The notes under the pieces: model-generated | The model's database searches: none | Told to the model about the DNA's origin: nothing | What the model saw: the letters and a program-made list of their open reading frames with translations, nothing else | In this document: piece after piece, positions 10,722 to 22,483 of the stretch | Layout of the letters: every line of letters begins with the position of its first letter | Numbering within the stretch: position 1 is the stretch's first letter | Made by a program: the position numbers and the translations under genes | DNA from: an uncultured Nitrospinota bacterium | GTDB lineage: Bacteria; Tectomicrobia; Entotheonellia; J063; CAVPRW01 | Direction of reading: 5' to 3' | Assembly: GCA_963707985.1 (NCBI GenBank) | Contig: CAVPRW010000048.1 | Span: 64,001-128,000 of the forward strand | DNA length: 64,000 bases

Positions 10722-12738
10722 TTCGTCCTCCCAGCGGAATCTCGACCTGTAGCTCGGTTCCACGCTGCCGCTGTGTGTTAATCCGCACGCTCCCACCGAC
10801 CAGATGCACCCGTTCGTCGAGGCTGATCAGCCCCAAACCCCCTCGGCGCCGCGCCTCGGTGAGATCGAAGCCCTGCCCGTCGTCTGTGATGGTCAGCTCC
10901 AGGCCAGCGGCGGTGCGTCTCAGCACGACGTGCGCCTGGCGCGCGCCTGCATGCGCGGCGATATTGCGCAACGCTTCCTGAGCGACGCGGTACAGACAGA
11001 GCGCCACGTCCTGCGAAATGTCGTCAAGACCGCGGGCAGCAGAAAGTGTGACCTCGATCGAGTGTTGCCTTCCAAACTCGGCGCAATGACCTTTGAGCGC
11101 AGCGATCAGGCCGGCGTGTTGTAACACGCCAGGGTGCAACTCATGCGATAGGTTACGAATCACCTCGGCCAGATCAATGGTGCGCTGCTGCAGCCGGGTG
11201 AGCTCCTCCTGAACAGCCGGGTCCCCACTGTCATGCAACCATCGCTTGACGTTACTGAGAGCGATGGACAAACCTGCAAGCTGCTGGTTGACATCGTCGT
11301 GCAAATCGCTGGCGATCCGTGAACGCTCGGCTTCCTGTGCCGTAATCAGCCTTCCCGCTAAATCCTGAATCCTGTCATAGCTTGCCCGAAGCATGGCCTC
11401 GTTGTCCCGCAGCGTCTGTTCAGCCCGCTTGCGATCCGTAATGTCGTGTCCAATGGCTTGAACTTCTACGAGATGTCCGTTCGGCCCGAAGATCGGGTAG
11501 CCAACCCAGTGCTGCCAGCCGACGCCGCCGTCTGGAAGCAACACCTCCTGTTCCCAAGTGCATGGGTCTCGCCGCGTGGCCACCAACGCGATGTGATTGA
11601 GCGTCCGCTCGCGGGTTTCTTCCGGTAGCAGCTCGAGAAACTTTCTGCCGATCAGGTCTTGCCGTTTCTGCCCGGAGAACCGGCAATAGGCTTCGTTGAC
11701 GAACGTCAGTGTCGTGTCCGGAAGGTAGCGGGAAACAAGGTCCGTCTGACTCTCGACCACTTCCCGGTATCGTTCCTCGACTTGCTGCTCATGCTCAATG
11801 AGTATAGCCACCAGATACAGAGGCGCCGCTCTCAACAACAGGAAATGTTGCAGCGCAAGAGCGGTGTCGACGGGCGAGTGTCCGGAAAAAGGTCCGTGGC
11901 CCTGAAGGGCGGCGGCGACGGCAAAGAAAGCGATAACTGCAATAGCACCGGAGGCGCCCAACATGCCAAATCGAATGGCCGCCCAAAACAGGAACGGCAC
12001 CGGCGCATAGAAGCGGGGCTCGGCGAAACCAGTCCCGCCCGCTTCAGTATCAAACGCGATGTATGCGGTCGCGATCAGGCCTGCCGTCAGCAGCGCTCCT
12101 TCGACCGACCGTGTCGAGAAACGGGCCGGCGTATTCCACGGGGCCCCCAGAACCCAGTAAAAAATGACGGGTGTGACGACCAACTGAGCCAGCGCATCCC
12201 CCAGAAACCATTGCTCCCACGCCAGCCCAAAATCGTGTCCGAGAAAGTGGCGCGCCGCGGCGCCCCCAAACGCCGAAGCGGCCGGAACCAGCAGCACCGC
12301 GAACAGACAGAACAGCGCAAAGTCCCGCACCGTTTCGAAACGGCAGGGATTACTGACGAAGCGGCGCAGAGCCAGGGCCACGAGGAGCCCTTTTATGGAA
12401 TCGATTGTGAACGTGGTCAGCAAAAACCATAACGGAACATCCGGAGGGACCACGACGAACAGCCGAATCGGGAGCGGTGCAAGGACAAACACCCACCACC
12501 AGCGTGGCTGAACCAGCAGTAGCGCGCAAAGCAAAACCGAATCCGGAAACCAGAACGGCGAAGCGGTCGTATGACTGAAGGACATTCCGTACCGGTAAGC
12601 GAAATAGAACGCCACCACGAACACACACATCGCGAGAACATTGCGCAGAACGGGCTGACGCACCGGTAGCCTGCAGCCGCGTCCTGGGCTGTTCTGATTG
12701 CTTCGTACGTCCTTCGACGTGAGACTCATGCCCGGCAT
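10687..12738 (-). CDS. MASE1-PAS-HisKA_3 sensor histidine kinase
   Basis: SPFWFPDSVLL / FWAAIRFG (MASE1), PAS, QEAERSRIASDLHDDVNQ, LYRVAQEALRN, DDGQGF, GLGL; start uncertain. Confidence 0.9.
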   Translation of the reverse strand: MPGMSLTSKDVRSNQNSPGRGCRLPVRQPVLRNVLAMCVFVVAFYFAYRYGMSFSHTTASPFWFPDSVLLCALLLVQPRWWWVFVLAPLPIRLFVVVPPDVPLWFLLTTFTIDSIKGLLVALALRRFVSNPCRFETVRDFALFCLFAVLLVPAASAFGGAAARHFLGHDFGLAWEQWFLGDALAQLVVTPVIFYWVLGAPWNTPARFSTRSVEGALLTAGLIATAYIAFDTEAGGTGFAEPRFYAPVPFLFWAAIRFGMLGASGAIAVIAFFAVAAALQGHGPFSGHSPVDTALALQHFLLLRAAPLYLVAILIEHEQQVEERYREVVESQTDLVSRYLPDTTLTFVNEAYCRFSGQKRQDLIGRKFLELLPEETRERTLNHIALVATRRDPCTWEQEVLLPDGGVGWQHWVGYPIFGPNGHLVEVQAIGHDITDRKRAEQTLRDNEAMLRASYDRIQDLAGRLITAQEAERSRIASDLHDDVNQQLAGLSIALSNVKRWLHDSGDPAVQEELTRLQQRTIDLAEVIRNLSHELHPGVLQHAGLIAALKGHCAEFGRQHSIEVTLSAARGLDDISQDVALCLYRVAQEALRNIAAHAGARQAHVVLRRTAAGLELTITDDGQGFDLTEARRRGGLGLISLDERVHLVGGSVRINTQRQRGTELQVEIPLGGRNDAPHDSVARR

Positions 12739-13100
12739 GACGCACCCAGCAACATGGTATTCGGTGGTCAGATGACAGGAATGTACGACGACTGCAATAT
12801 AAGAGCATAACTGAGTATGGCACCAAGGTCGTAGGCTAGGCAAAGCCACAAGTCGCTTGGCAAGAAACTGCAATAGGGACGCAAACACTGGGCCTTCAGG
12901 CTTTGCGCGCACTTACTCTTACTATGCAGAACATCGCTTATTTTTGTCAAAAAATTCCATCCGTGCTGTAATGACTATCGATACTCTGCTGGCTGTTTGA
13001 TCCTATACATGGGCTGCTGTTGGTGCACTTCATTTTCATATCAATAGTCAATATCAATTGCCAATCGTTGTCATCCGTCTCATCATAGAGGAGCAAGCCT

Positions 13101-13200
13101 ATGACAGCCACAGTGGCCCCTAATGAGCATGATACCACACCTGAGCGAGTCCTGTTTATTGAGTTTGCACTGCATGAAAAGACCTGGAAACTCGGTTGGC
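13101..13200 (+). pseudogene. IS110-family transposase N-terminal fragment
   Basis: GAGGAG RBS; MTATVAPNEHDTTPERVLFIEFALHEKTWKLG. Confidence 0.5.
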
Positions 13201-13240
13201 TTATGTGTAACTACCGTGCATGGTGTGGAATCATGCTGAT

Positions 13241-13567
13241 ATGATTGACCTCCCGATTGCCGAACTGTTGGATCATAGCATTTGTCTCCTCTGGTTGGAG
13301 CGTCACCTGCATCCAGATGGGTTTGCATGTCCTCACTGCCATAGCCCCGAGCGCCGACTCCTCCGGCCGCAGGGCGCCTTCCCGGCCTAGCGTTGCCGCG
13401 CGTGTGACGGCTACTATACGCCGCTGACCAGCACCGTCTTTGAAAAGACCCGCCAACGCCCAGCCATGCTGGTCCTTCTGCTGCGCGGCATTGCGAAAGG
13501 CGAACCCAGCGCGCGCTTAGCCCGCGAGTTGGGCATGTCACACAAGCAATTGCACACGATGTGCTAG
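13241..13567 (+). pseudogene. Zn-ribbon transposase remnant (IS1595-like)
   Basis: WLERHLHPDGFACPHC..RCRAC..TVFEKTRQRP..LARELGMS; internal stop. Confidence 0.5.
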
Positions 13568-13598
13568 GGAGTGCACCTGCATTTTTCGCATGATCACG

Positions 13599-14364
13599 CT
13601 ACGGTGCGCTTGCACGGTTTTCTCGCTCATCCCCAAGCGCCGTGTCTGTCATCGCTTCCAGGGCGTTGAGCATCAGGTTCAAGACCACCTGTTGCCGTTG
13701 CACCTGATCGCCGCGGACAGGAGGGAGCACGGGATCGAGGGGGAGGCGTTCGAACTCGCCCTTCCGCAAGCAGCCGCGCAGGCGGCAGATCACTGCGCTG
13801 GCCCGGTGATCGTCGCCGACGATGTCTGCCAAGTTGGCGCGGACCTCCTCGAGGTCCGGGGGGGCGGTGGCGAGGAATTGTTGCGCTGCCGCAGCAGGCG
13901 GCTGATGAGCAGGGCCTCGACGCCGCATAGCAGGCCGCTGCCGATGATATACCCCTGGTACTGCTCCCATATGGATGGCACTTTATAGTGCACGTGGCTG
14001 CCAGGCGGGAGCCTGTTCTCGCTGATCCCCCAGCGCTGCAACTGACGCCAGTCGAACATGTCGGCGTTCGCCCGCCCCGCGAGGAACGACATCTCCGCAG
14101 GCTTCTCCCCAGCCAGGATGCGCAACCCTGCGGCCGCCGCCTCTGAGCCATGCATGTCCAAGCTGAAGAGGTGACCACCAACGATGCCTCGACCCAGGAA
14201 TTGATCGACGAAACCATAGATTGGAGCGGTTGCAGCCTGGGAAATAAGCGGCAACGCCTCATTAGGCTTGCACAGTGTGCCCGCCTTATCCTTAAACAGA
14301 TGGAGATAAAGGATAATCATGTGCTTGGGCAGATGCGCCACTGTTTGCAGAATCTCCTGGATCG
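13599..14364 (-). pseudogene. Fragmented sensor histidine kinase (ABC-binding-like periplasmic domain, TM, HisKA/HATPase pieces)
   Basis: FDWRQLQRWGISENRLPPGS..PSIWEQY; DDHRASAVICRLR; VRGDQVQRQQVVLNLMLNALEAM; internal deletions. Confidence 0.7.
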
Positions 14365-15147
14365 AACGGTGAGCTGGGGCAGAATCTGAGCCCACATCCT
14401 GGCCTTCCAATCATCCACCACCATGGCGTCGAACAGGCCCGCGTTGAGCATCTCCAGCATGTCCTCGTCCTCTAGGGCATCGGGCACGAAGGTGAGTGTC
14501 ACTGGTGGCTGGCCTGCCGCAGTGAAGCGCTCGCTCAGCGCCACGAGGCTCTCGTAGTAGCTCGAGGCCCGGCGCACGTGCACGGTCTTGCCGGCGAGAT
14601 CATCGAGCCCGCCGATGGCCGGCGATTTTGGCCCGGTCACCAGCAGTTCCGACACCCCCTCCTGACAGGCAAGGCGACGAAGTCCACGATCGCTTGGCGG
14701 TCCTCGGTGATCGTCAGATTCCCCGCGGCGATATCGCCTAGCCCGGCGGCCACGTCCGACAGTAACTGATCGCGGGTGGTGGCGATCATGAACACGGTGA
14801 TCGGGCGCTTGCCGAGCTGTGGGCGGTGCTTCTGGTTGAGGTAGCGCTCGAAGTTGCGCACGAGCTCCGCCGTCAGACCGCGCTCGCGCCCTTTGTCGTT
14901 GACAAAAAGCGTGCGACTATAGGGCACCAGCACGCGGATCATGTGGCGCGCTATGAGCATCTCGAAGTCGGCCCGTCCATGGCTTGTTCACGATCGCCAG
15001 GGTGCGGACTCTCCCCTTCGCTGCGGCGGGTGCCTTGTCCTGGGCGACCACCGCCGGGCAGAGGATGACGAGCAACATCCCAGCCAGTAGACTCACACCG
15101 ATGGCGGCCAGGTGCTGAGTGTTCTGAGCGTTCGTCATGGCTCTCAT
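14365..15147 (-). pseudogene. MltF-like substrate-binding protein, frameshifted and truncated before the SLT domain
   Basis: KPWTG..IRVLVPYSRT..GDIAAGNLTIT..RRASSYYESL..LEDEDMLEMLNAG..VVDDWKARMWAQILP across three frames. Confidence 0.7.
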
Positions 15148-15589
15148 ACAGTAGTTCCTCCATCGGCCATGTCATGTTGAACACCTTGCTTCGGTGCATA
15201 TGCGTGTCAGAGAACCACGCATTAACAGCGACCAGCTGTATAAGACACAGGTTAGTCGCGCCAGGCACCCTTTGTCTTATGCATCGCACAGGACAGCGCC
15301 CAACTCTTGAGTCTATGGCACTAGTTCCACATCACCCTCCCAACCGTCCTGCGCGAGAGGGGGATCTCATCGTGTGTTGGGACGGATGAGACGGGAATTG
15401 TGCAGCATTATAGCACATATACGGTTCTTCTACGGCGAGACTTTCGGCCCCATAGCCGGTGGCAGGCGATGGCTTTCGCATGGGTTTAGGTGAGCCGGCA
15501 TAATTCCCCACAGATGTCGCCGCGAACCGCGCCGGCCACCCGGAACAGGCACAGATCGATGTGCAGATCGAGGGGGAGCAGCGCCAGCA

Positions 15590-16350
15590 GCGTCTGTCAC
15601 CGCGTGGACGTTCCCGTGCCACAGATACCATTTCAGACGTTCCAAGTCCCGCACAACCGGATCACGCAGGGGATAGTTCGCCTCCTCATCCTTGGTCTGG
15701 TCCGGCAAGCCTTTAGCCGTTTGCTGGAGTATGGTCAATCGCATCGTGTCATGGAACCAATCGAGCAGGTGCTCCGCGTGCGGGTTCAGATAGAGCTGGA
15801 GATCCCGCATCGATGCCGACGGTGAGCGGACCATTGGGGATGAGAAACAGCTCGATTCCGCGGGGCAGCTGTCGATAAACGCCCACTCCAGCTGCTGTTC
15901 CAATCGTTCCGCTATGGTGAAGACATGCTCCCGGCTCGTGCAGGGGGCGAGCGCTTCGGCGATCGGCAGCACATCCTGTAAGAGCTCTGCTGTGACGCTA
16001 TACGACACTAATGCTGCCCACTTCGTTTCCAGAAATAGCAACTCCGGCGTGAGATGCTCGGAGAGCAAGGCGGCTAGGTGACTGAACGGCTTGGTGGGGT
16101 GAGGCTGACACGAGCACTGGTGCAGGCGGGGGCTCTGGTCCGCGATGGTGCCAAGGACCATCCGGACTTGTGTGGGATGGTAGCCTTTACTGCGCTGTAC
16201 GTGGCCGCAGTGGGCACAGGGACGTTGCGTCTCAACATATGCCGTTGTCTGCTGCCCCACCACCACGGCTGGTAAAGCCTTAAGGATGGCTTTGCCTTCG
16301 GCGAGCGCGAGGCCCACGGAGGTGGGCGTGCAGTCTTCCCGCTCCACAGA
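15590..16350 (-). pseudogene. ISKra4-family transposase remnant
   Basis: VGLALAEGKAIL, CAHCG, PELLFLETKWAALVSY, EHLLDWFH, LERLKWYLWHGN; internally deleted. Confidence 0.8.
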
Positions 16351-16394
16351 GGTGAGGTCACGGGTCTCGGTCTGGCCCTCGGGGGAAACATCGT

Positions 16395-16495
16395 CTGGTC
16401 TGCCTGGGACTCCACCACCTGCACCCAGGCCTGCAAAACCCGACAGGTTTGTGGCCAGAGCGGGACCGTGAGTTCTTTCCGGTCTTTCCCTGGCT
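16395..16495 (-). pseudogene. Tyrosine recombinase fragment
   Basis: GKDRKELTVPLWPQTCRVLQAW resembles the GKGxKERxVPL motif. Confidence 0.45.
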
Positions 16496-16599
16496 CCGCA
16501 GCACGCTGCAGGCCTGACAACAGTGAGAGCAAAAACATTGAGAAAATAACTGGTTGAAACGATCTTTCCTCTGGCGGTAGCTTCGCTAGTTTTGGGCCT

Positions 16600-16626
16600 T
16601 GTCGATTTCGGAATCCCCCGAACGAC
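16600..16626 (+). promoter_or_regulatory. ECF42-type promoter
   Basis: TGTCGA-N17-CGAC directly upstream of a DGPF/YciI gene. Confidence 0.6.
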
Positions 16627-16670
16627 TATTTCGTGTCAACAGCGATGCCACCACGATTGTGGAGAGAGCG

Positions 16671-16886
16671 ATGAAATACCTGTGCCTGATCTACTATGAG
16701 GAGCAGAAGCTGAACGCCTTGTCCAAAGGCGAATTGGACGCCCTCATCGACGAGGCGTTAGCCTATGACGAAGTGCTCCGGAAGAGCGGTCACTACCTGG
16801 TCTCGAACGCTCTCCAATCCGTGCAGACGGCCACGACGGTGCGGGTCCGGAACGGCAGGGTGTCCGTCACCGACGGTCCCTTCGCT
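16671..16886 (+). pseudogene. YciI/DGPF family protein, truncated
   Basis: MKYLCLIY..ATTVRVRNGRVSVTDGPFA; the expected ETKE continuation is missing. Confidence 0.8.
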
Positions 16887-17218
16887 CGAGCCGGGAGGGG
16901 AACTACGGATCGTCACGGCGAGGGCCTCGCGCAAGGGACGCCTTGCTCGCGCGTGCCGGCCGCTTCAGCCTCTGCGCCCAGACGGAGACCCCGCCGTATC
17001 GGTACGTGAGCGTCGAGGGCCCCATCACCGCCACCGGCGTGGCGGACCTGGAGCGTGACCTTCGCCCCCTCGCCCACCGGTACCTCGGCGCAGACATGGG
17101 CGACCGCTACGTCGAACAGACACGAGACGCACATGAACATGTGGAGAACATGCTGATCCACATGCGCCCGGAGCGGTGGCTTACAGTCGACTACGCCAAC
17201 GAAGGCGGGACCTTGTGA
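16887..17218 (+). pseudogene. Pyridoxamine 5'-phosphate oxidase-like protein, 5' truncated
   Basis: EPGGELRIVT..SRKGR..GRFSLCAQTETPPYRYVSVEGP..RYLG..MRPERWLTVDY. Confidence 0.75.
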
Positions 17219-17518
17219 GGAGCGCCCTTCGTCAACTCATGCTGGGGCTTCGTCATGGGTGAAAGCGATGACTCTGTTGGCCATCTCACGCGTGAGATGG
17301 CATCGGCCTCACGGGAGGGTGGATCGGGGTATTAATGATATCCTGGGGAAAATGGGTCCCCTGACAGTTCACCGCCTAGGACTATGGATACCAGTTGTTC
17401 GTCAGGGGTCATCTGCCCAATGCCAAGTGCACGCCAACACTGATGACACGAGAGGTCAGACTGGCTTCTCCAGACTCTACTGTGCGACAGAACCGTCGCC
17501 ACCTCGCGGGTGGGGGCA

Positions 17519-18100
17519 CTACTGCAGCGCCACGTCAACCCACACACCGGTACGTTCCCATTCCATGCGAAGCACGCCAGCATCTGGGCTGCGTTGACTG
17601 AGCGTCATCGTGAATTGCTCGACGGGCGCCGTCAAATGCTCGACCTGCATATCGACTCGGGCAAGGTCTTGCGATTGATTGTAGGTGGTGCCCCACTGGC
17701 CGGTCTGCTTGTTAATGATGAGCTGCCATCCGGATTCCTGCGGCAAGGTGTAGAGGGTATAGGCGCCCGCCGGCACGCGTGCCCCTCCGATGATGATGTT
17801 GGCTTCCGTGACAAACGACGTCGCCTCATTGGCTCCGGTTCGCCAGACCTGACCGTAGGGTATCAGGCCCCCGAAGATTTTCCGACCCCGCATGGACGGA
17901 CGACTATATGTGAGGTCGATCTTCTGGCTGTTGAGCCGCAGCTCGGCACTCCCCGGTGGGCTCGGCCGATCCTGTGGCTGAACTCCCTGGGCAGGTTGAG
18001 CCGCGAGCGACGGCACGAGATGGACGAACGCAAGCGTCACGACCGCAACGGACAAGAAAGCCACGAGTGTTAAGCTCACGAGTGTTCTTGTTGGCCACAT
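17519..18100 (-). CDS. DUF2911 domain secreted protein
   Basis: RPSPP..YSRPSMRGRKIFGGLIPYGQVWRTGANEAT..PAGAYTLYTLP..QWGT. Confidence 0.9.
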   Translation of the reverse strand: MWPTRTLVSLTLVAFLSVAVVTLAFVHLVPSLAAQPAQGVQPQDRPSPPGSAELRLNSQKIDLTYSRPSMRGRKIFGGLIPYGQVWRTGANEATSFVTEANIIIGGARVPAGAYTLYTLPQESGWQLIINKQTGQWGTTYNQSQDLARVDMQVEHLTAPVEQFTMTLSQRSPDAGVLRMEWERTGVWVDVALQ

Positions 18101-18552
18101 CGTCTCTCCTGGGAAAGGGGTGGGAGGTGTGGAAGTTCCCCTACAGGCATACCCACGTCAGACTCCGGGACTGCCGGGCAACAGATGGAACGAAACGGAT
18201 CAGAATCATGCCCGCATCCAAGCGGCAGGCTGGGCGTGAGCTGCGCTGTCGAGATGTGCGAGAGTATAATCCAGCCGACACCAGCGGTAAACAGCGAAGC
18301 GCAACACCATGCGAAACCGTCCCTTTACGTGGGATAGACGACTCACCGGGAAGGTGCAAATAGGTAGAGATAGGTGACGCCTGTGGCCGCGATGTCGATG
18401 ACGTTGCGTGACCAATGTGAGCCCATGCACCTTAAGGCCTGGCGGAGAATGTCCCGATGCTCCGCTTCCATAAATACACCGGCACGCTGCTCATCAAACC
18501 CTCGGCAATGAGAGCTCTATCTGGAGAAGCGACTCGCTCTCAAGATGACCGA

Positions 18553-18860
18553 TCCATGTGTCTGACCGTGCTCCAGCAGACGATCAAAGGCTTACCGCGC
18601 AAGACTCGGGATGAGGCGGAGGCCTATCCTCGGCGTGATCCGGTCGTGCGGGACTTGGAACGCCTCTAGTGCAAGAGTTCCATACATATATTGAAAATAA
18701 TCAAGGCTTCATTCCCAACGATGGCGAGCGATATCGGCACGGCGAACGCATCAACACGGGCATTGTGAAATCGACCATGAATCAGGTGATCTGCAAGTCC
18801 TTCTGCAAGACGCTACAGATGGCCTGGACCCCACGCGGGGTCCATCGCCTCCTCGGCGCA
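18553..18860 (+). pseudogene. ISKra4 transposase C-terminal remnant
   Basis: Similar to 15640-15750; EFHTYIENNQGFIPNDGERYRHGERI..QMAWTPRG. Confidence 0.75.
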
Positions 18861-19110
18861 CCAAGAGCACAGTCGCTTCTATAGCATGAGGGTCGAAACC
18901 AGAAGCTGTCATGCCTCTGCTCGCGGGGTGATCATGTTGACAGACAAGAAGTTGACAAAGCTGTTGTATCTGCGTCACACTATGTGAGGACTCGGCGCGC
19001 GTCTTCCCCGTGAGGCGTACCCCGCCGAGCGTATGTCGCGCTTGGCACACGCGAGGCGGGGTGCGGTGTCCTGATCGCTTATGTCGGGGTCCTGAACAAC
19101 TCTGGGACAT

Positions 19111-19917
19111 GTGAGGCACATAAGGTTGGACTATATCGCGAACCACGAACCCTTTACCGACTGGGCCGCCCTGTACGCCATGGGGGCGCTGGAGGGGGAG
19201 GAACGGACCCAGTTTGAGACCCACCTCGCCCCGGGGTGTCTGGCCTGTACCACTCTGCTCTCAGAACTGTCGGAGGTGGTGGTGGCTCTGGCCTGGGCTG
19301 CGCCGGCCGTCTCACCCCGGACGGAGCTTCGTGAGCAACTGCTGGCGCGGGTGCGCACCGAGCAGGCCCCCCCGGTGCCTACCCCGCCGTTCCGCAGGAT
19401 GCGTCCTCCCATCAGGAGGTGGTGGCATCCGACCCTCTGGGTAGGGAGAGTGGCGGCCGCCGGCCTCGTGGGTGTCCTGGGGTGGGCCCTGTATGACGCA
19501 CAGGTACAGCTGGGGAAACAGCGGGTGGTGAACCAGCAGCTCACGGAGGAGTTGGCGCAGGCGCGCGTGCTCACCACCCTGGTCGCCCATACCGACACCT
19601 ACGTCGCAGCCTTGGCCAGTCCCCAACCGACCACCCCGCCGGCTGCCGGCTGGATCGTCTGGAGTCCCTCCAAGCACCGTGGATTCATGGTCGTACATTT
19701 TCTCCCGGCGTTGCCCGTAGGGAAGACGTATCAACTGTGGGCCATCGCTGGCCAGCAGGCACGGTCAGCCACGGTCTTTCAGGTCGATACGGTTGGGCAC
19801 TCCGCGCTCATGGTGCCTGTGGCCGTCGCCCATCCCGATCGTTTCGAGATTACCGTCGAACCTGCGGGAGGGGTGGCGGTGCCCAGCGGCCCCGTGATGC
19901 TGCACGGCAGCCCATAA
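19111..19917 (+). CDS. Anti-sigma factor, RskA-like
   Basis: LYAMGALEGEERTQFETHL..CLAC; TM; LPALPVGKTYQLW..FEITVEPAGG..PSGP. Confidence 0.88.
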   Translation: MRHIRLDYIANHEPFTDWAALYAMGALEGEERTQFETHLAPGCLACTTLLSELSEVVVALAWAAPAVSPRTELREQLLARVRTEQAPPVPTPPFRRMRPPIRRWWHPTLWVGRVAAAGLVGVLGWALYDAQVQLGKQRVVNQQLTEELAQARVLTTLVAHTDTYVAALASPQPTTPPAAGWIVWSPSKHRGFMVVHFLPALPVGKTYQLWAIAGQQARSATVFQVDTVGHSALMVPVAVAHPDRFEITVEPAGGVAVPSGPVMLHGSP

Positions 19918-20103
19918 TCTGACGGGGTATCAACCGCGCTGCCATACCATCCTCCCTCTTGCGCATGTCGGCATCGGCGACAGCGTTCCTTGACATCGGT
20001 TGCCTGCGTCAGGAGGCCCAAAGTCAGGTACGAGAGGCGCCAGTCGAGCCCAAAACGCGTATGCCATTGCTGACCGCCGGGCCCGAAGGAGGAGAGGAGA
20101 CCG

Positions 20104-20640
20104 ATGTCAATCCCAAGGCCCTCAGTCTTTGGCTATCCGATCATCCGATGGATCCCCCTCAAGGCGTTTCTGGACATGCCTGCTCGGTACAGCGACGAGG
20201 GGGAGTTGGAGACCATTGTGCAGGGCCTACCCCTTTCCCAGGCTCTGGAGCTCTGTGCCATATTGAATCTGCTCGTGGCCAATCCGCAGGACCTGTTCTT
20301 CGAGCGAGGGGATGCGGAAGTACTCTCTCGCCTCGCACTCTATGATCGCAGCAAACGCAGAATTCTACGGTATCTCAGCCGACACGCAGGATGCCGGGTG
20401 TTTACGCGCGTGAACTTGATCGCCCTCATGAAATGGGTTGCCTGGCTCTCTCAGGAATCCAGCGCCCACACGGCGGCGCAGAAGGATGGATTTCTGATTG
20501 CTGCGATCGTGGCCGGTGACCGATTCATTGCGAGTCATGGCGATCTGTGGAACATGAGCCCTGGTCCCGACCACTATAACCCGGCGCGCATCCAGTTGGC
20601 CTATCAGGTCTCGTTCTGGGGTAGTGGACGTGGTGATCCC
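20104..20640 (+). pseudogene. Hypothetical protein truncated by an ISL3 remnant
   Basis: GGAGGAGA RBS; ORF switches to ISL3 sequence near 20641. Confidence 0.4.
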
Positions 20641-21882
20641 GTCAGAGCCCTGGGCCTGGCCGTCAGTCGCCACACCCTCCTGCGCCTGCGGCGTCGTCTG
20701 CCCATTCCACGTGTGGCCATCCCCCAGGTGTTCGGCATCGACGCTTGGGCCTTTCGAAACGGTCAGACCTCTGGGACCGTGCTGATCGATCTCGAGCGAC
20801 ATCAAGCGCTCGCCCGCCTGCCCGATCGTGAGGCCAAGACCGTGACCCTCTAGTACAGGCCCATCCCGGCGTCGGCGTGATTACCCGTGATCGGTTTGGA
20901 GCCTACGTGGATTGGGCTCGGCAAGGCGCCCCCGACGCGATCCAGGTCGCGGTTCGCGTTCACCTGGTGCAGAACCTCGCCGAAACCCTCGACCAGGTGG
21001 TTCATACGCAGCGCAACGCCCGGCATGCCGTCAATGAGGCATTCGGCCAGGTCCCGGGGACGCGACCCGACGGCACGGTGGCCGTCCCAGTGCCACCTCC
21101 ATCTCCACCAAGGGTGGCCCAGGAGCTGGGCCACCAGCGCCAGATGCGGCGGCTGGGACTCCATCAGCAGAGCTGGGCCTTCCCCCAGCAGGGTTAGCCC
21201 TGAAGAGCCATGGCCCAGCCGCTGGGGATGGGCCAGCATACCGTGTTGCGCGACCTTCGGACGGAGACCTTGCTCGAACGCAAGCGCCGGACGGACCGCG
21301 GCGGCAATATGCTCACGCCCTACACCACTGATCTCCTCGACCGTTGCAACACCGGCTGCCGTGGCACCTGGCGGCGCTTCCGCGAGCTCCAACCGCAGAG
21401 AGATCCCGAGCGCTATGCGCCGCGTCTGCGCCACGCCCCACGCCCAAGAGGGCGCACCCCAGCAACGACGACGACGTCATCCCTCGCCGAGCGTGACCGC
21501 GCCGCCGCACCGCGCCTTGATCCCGCGCCGGGCGACCTGGCTGTTCCTGCGACGGCTGGCGCCGCTCACGGCGCAGGCGGCCGAGCTCGCCGATGCCATT
21601 GCGCTCGACCACGATTGTGCCCAGCGGGTGTGCCCGCGGCAGGCACAACAGCTGGATCCCTGGCTGGCCCTAGTGGCGGATTGCTCCTTCGTACCCTTGC
21701 AGCAGTTTGCAAAGGGCCTGCGTGACGATAATGATGCCGTCAAAGCCGGCGTGACGCTGCCCTGGAGTCATGGCCCAGTGGAGGGCCACATGCATCGCCT
21801 GAAAACGCTCACGCGCCAGATGGGTGGCCGTGTCAGCCTCGATCGGCTCCAGCGCCGCTTCGTGCTGGCCGCCTACGGATAG
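20641..21882 (+). pseudogene. ISL3-family transposase remnant
   Basis: GIDAWA..GTVLIDLER..LPDRE, ITRDR..AY..GAPDAIQVA.R.HLVQNL, PWSHGPVEGH..RLK..RQMGGR. Confidence 0.85.
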
Positions 21883-22039
21883 CGCCAGAGCCGGAATAGT
21901 GTCTCTTGGCGATGCCCTCAACGCGGCATTCGCGTACGGGCTGGGTTGCTGAGTACCGGCTTCCCGGGTTTGGACCGGGGGAGGTGAGTGATGGGACGCG
22001 AGAACTGCCACCATGACTCCGCTCACGCCTCACCAAATC

Positions 22040-22445
22040 GGTGGTTGGCAACGTCCGCTTTTGGCGGTATGCCTTCACCGCTCCGGGGCAGCAAGGCCTC
22101 TGCCCCCTTGACGTCGAGCTGAGCATGCCAGCGCGTCGCTATGCCGACCTGCTGCAGGAATGGGCCGTTTCGGGCACGACCGATGAGTCCTAGCGCGCAC
22201 CCCGCAAGCGGTGGTGCCGGCCCTGCTGCAGGACCCCGGCCGTCCAGAAGCGGAGACTCGCCCTACACCTGTAGGGAAGGAACTGCGCGCGACGCTGGAA
22301 GGCAAGTCGGCGGCCATGACCCGGTGGGTGCAAGGGGAGGGTCCCCACATCCAGCACCAGGTGGCGCTCACCGATGGGGCAGAGGCGTTGCAGCAGCAGG
22401 TGGTGACCCACGTGCCTGAGCACAGCCTGGTGAGGGACTTCAAGC
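22040..22445 (+). pseudogene. ISKra4-like transposase fragments
   Basis: FWRYAFTAPGQQGLCPLDVELSMP; PVGKELRATLEGK..VALTDGAEALQ. Confidence 0.55.
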
Positions 22446-22483
22446 ATGACCGGCAAAGCGCCTGGCGTTAATGTCGCCTTCCA

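Noticed and set aside
16395..16495. Tyrosine recombinase fragment as the missing integron integrase
   Set aside because: Only ~30 codons, 39 kb from the array, with no IntI-specific segment or attI.
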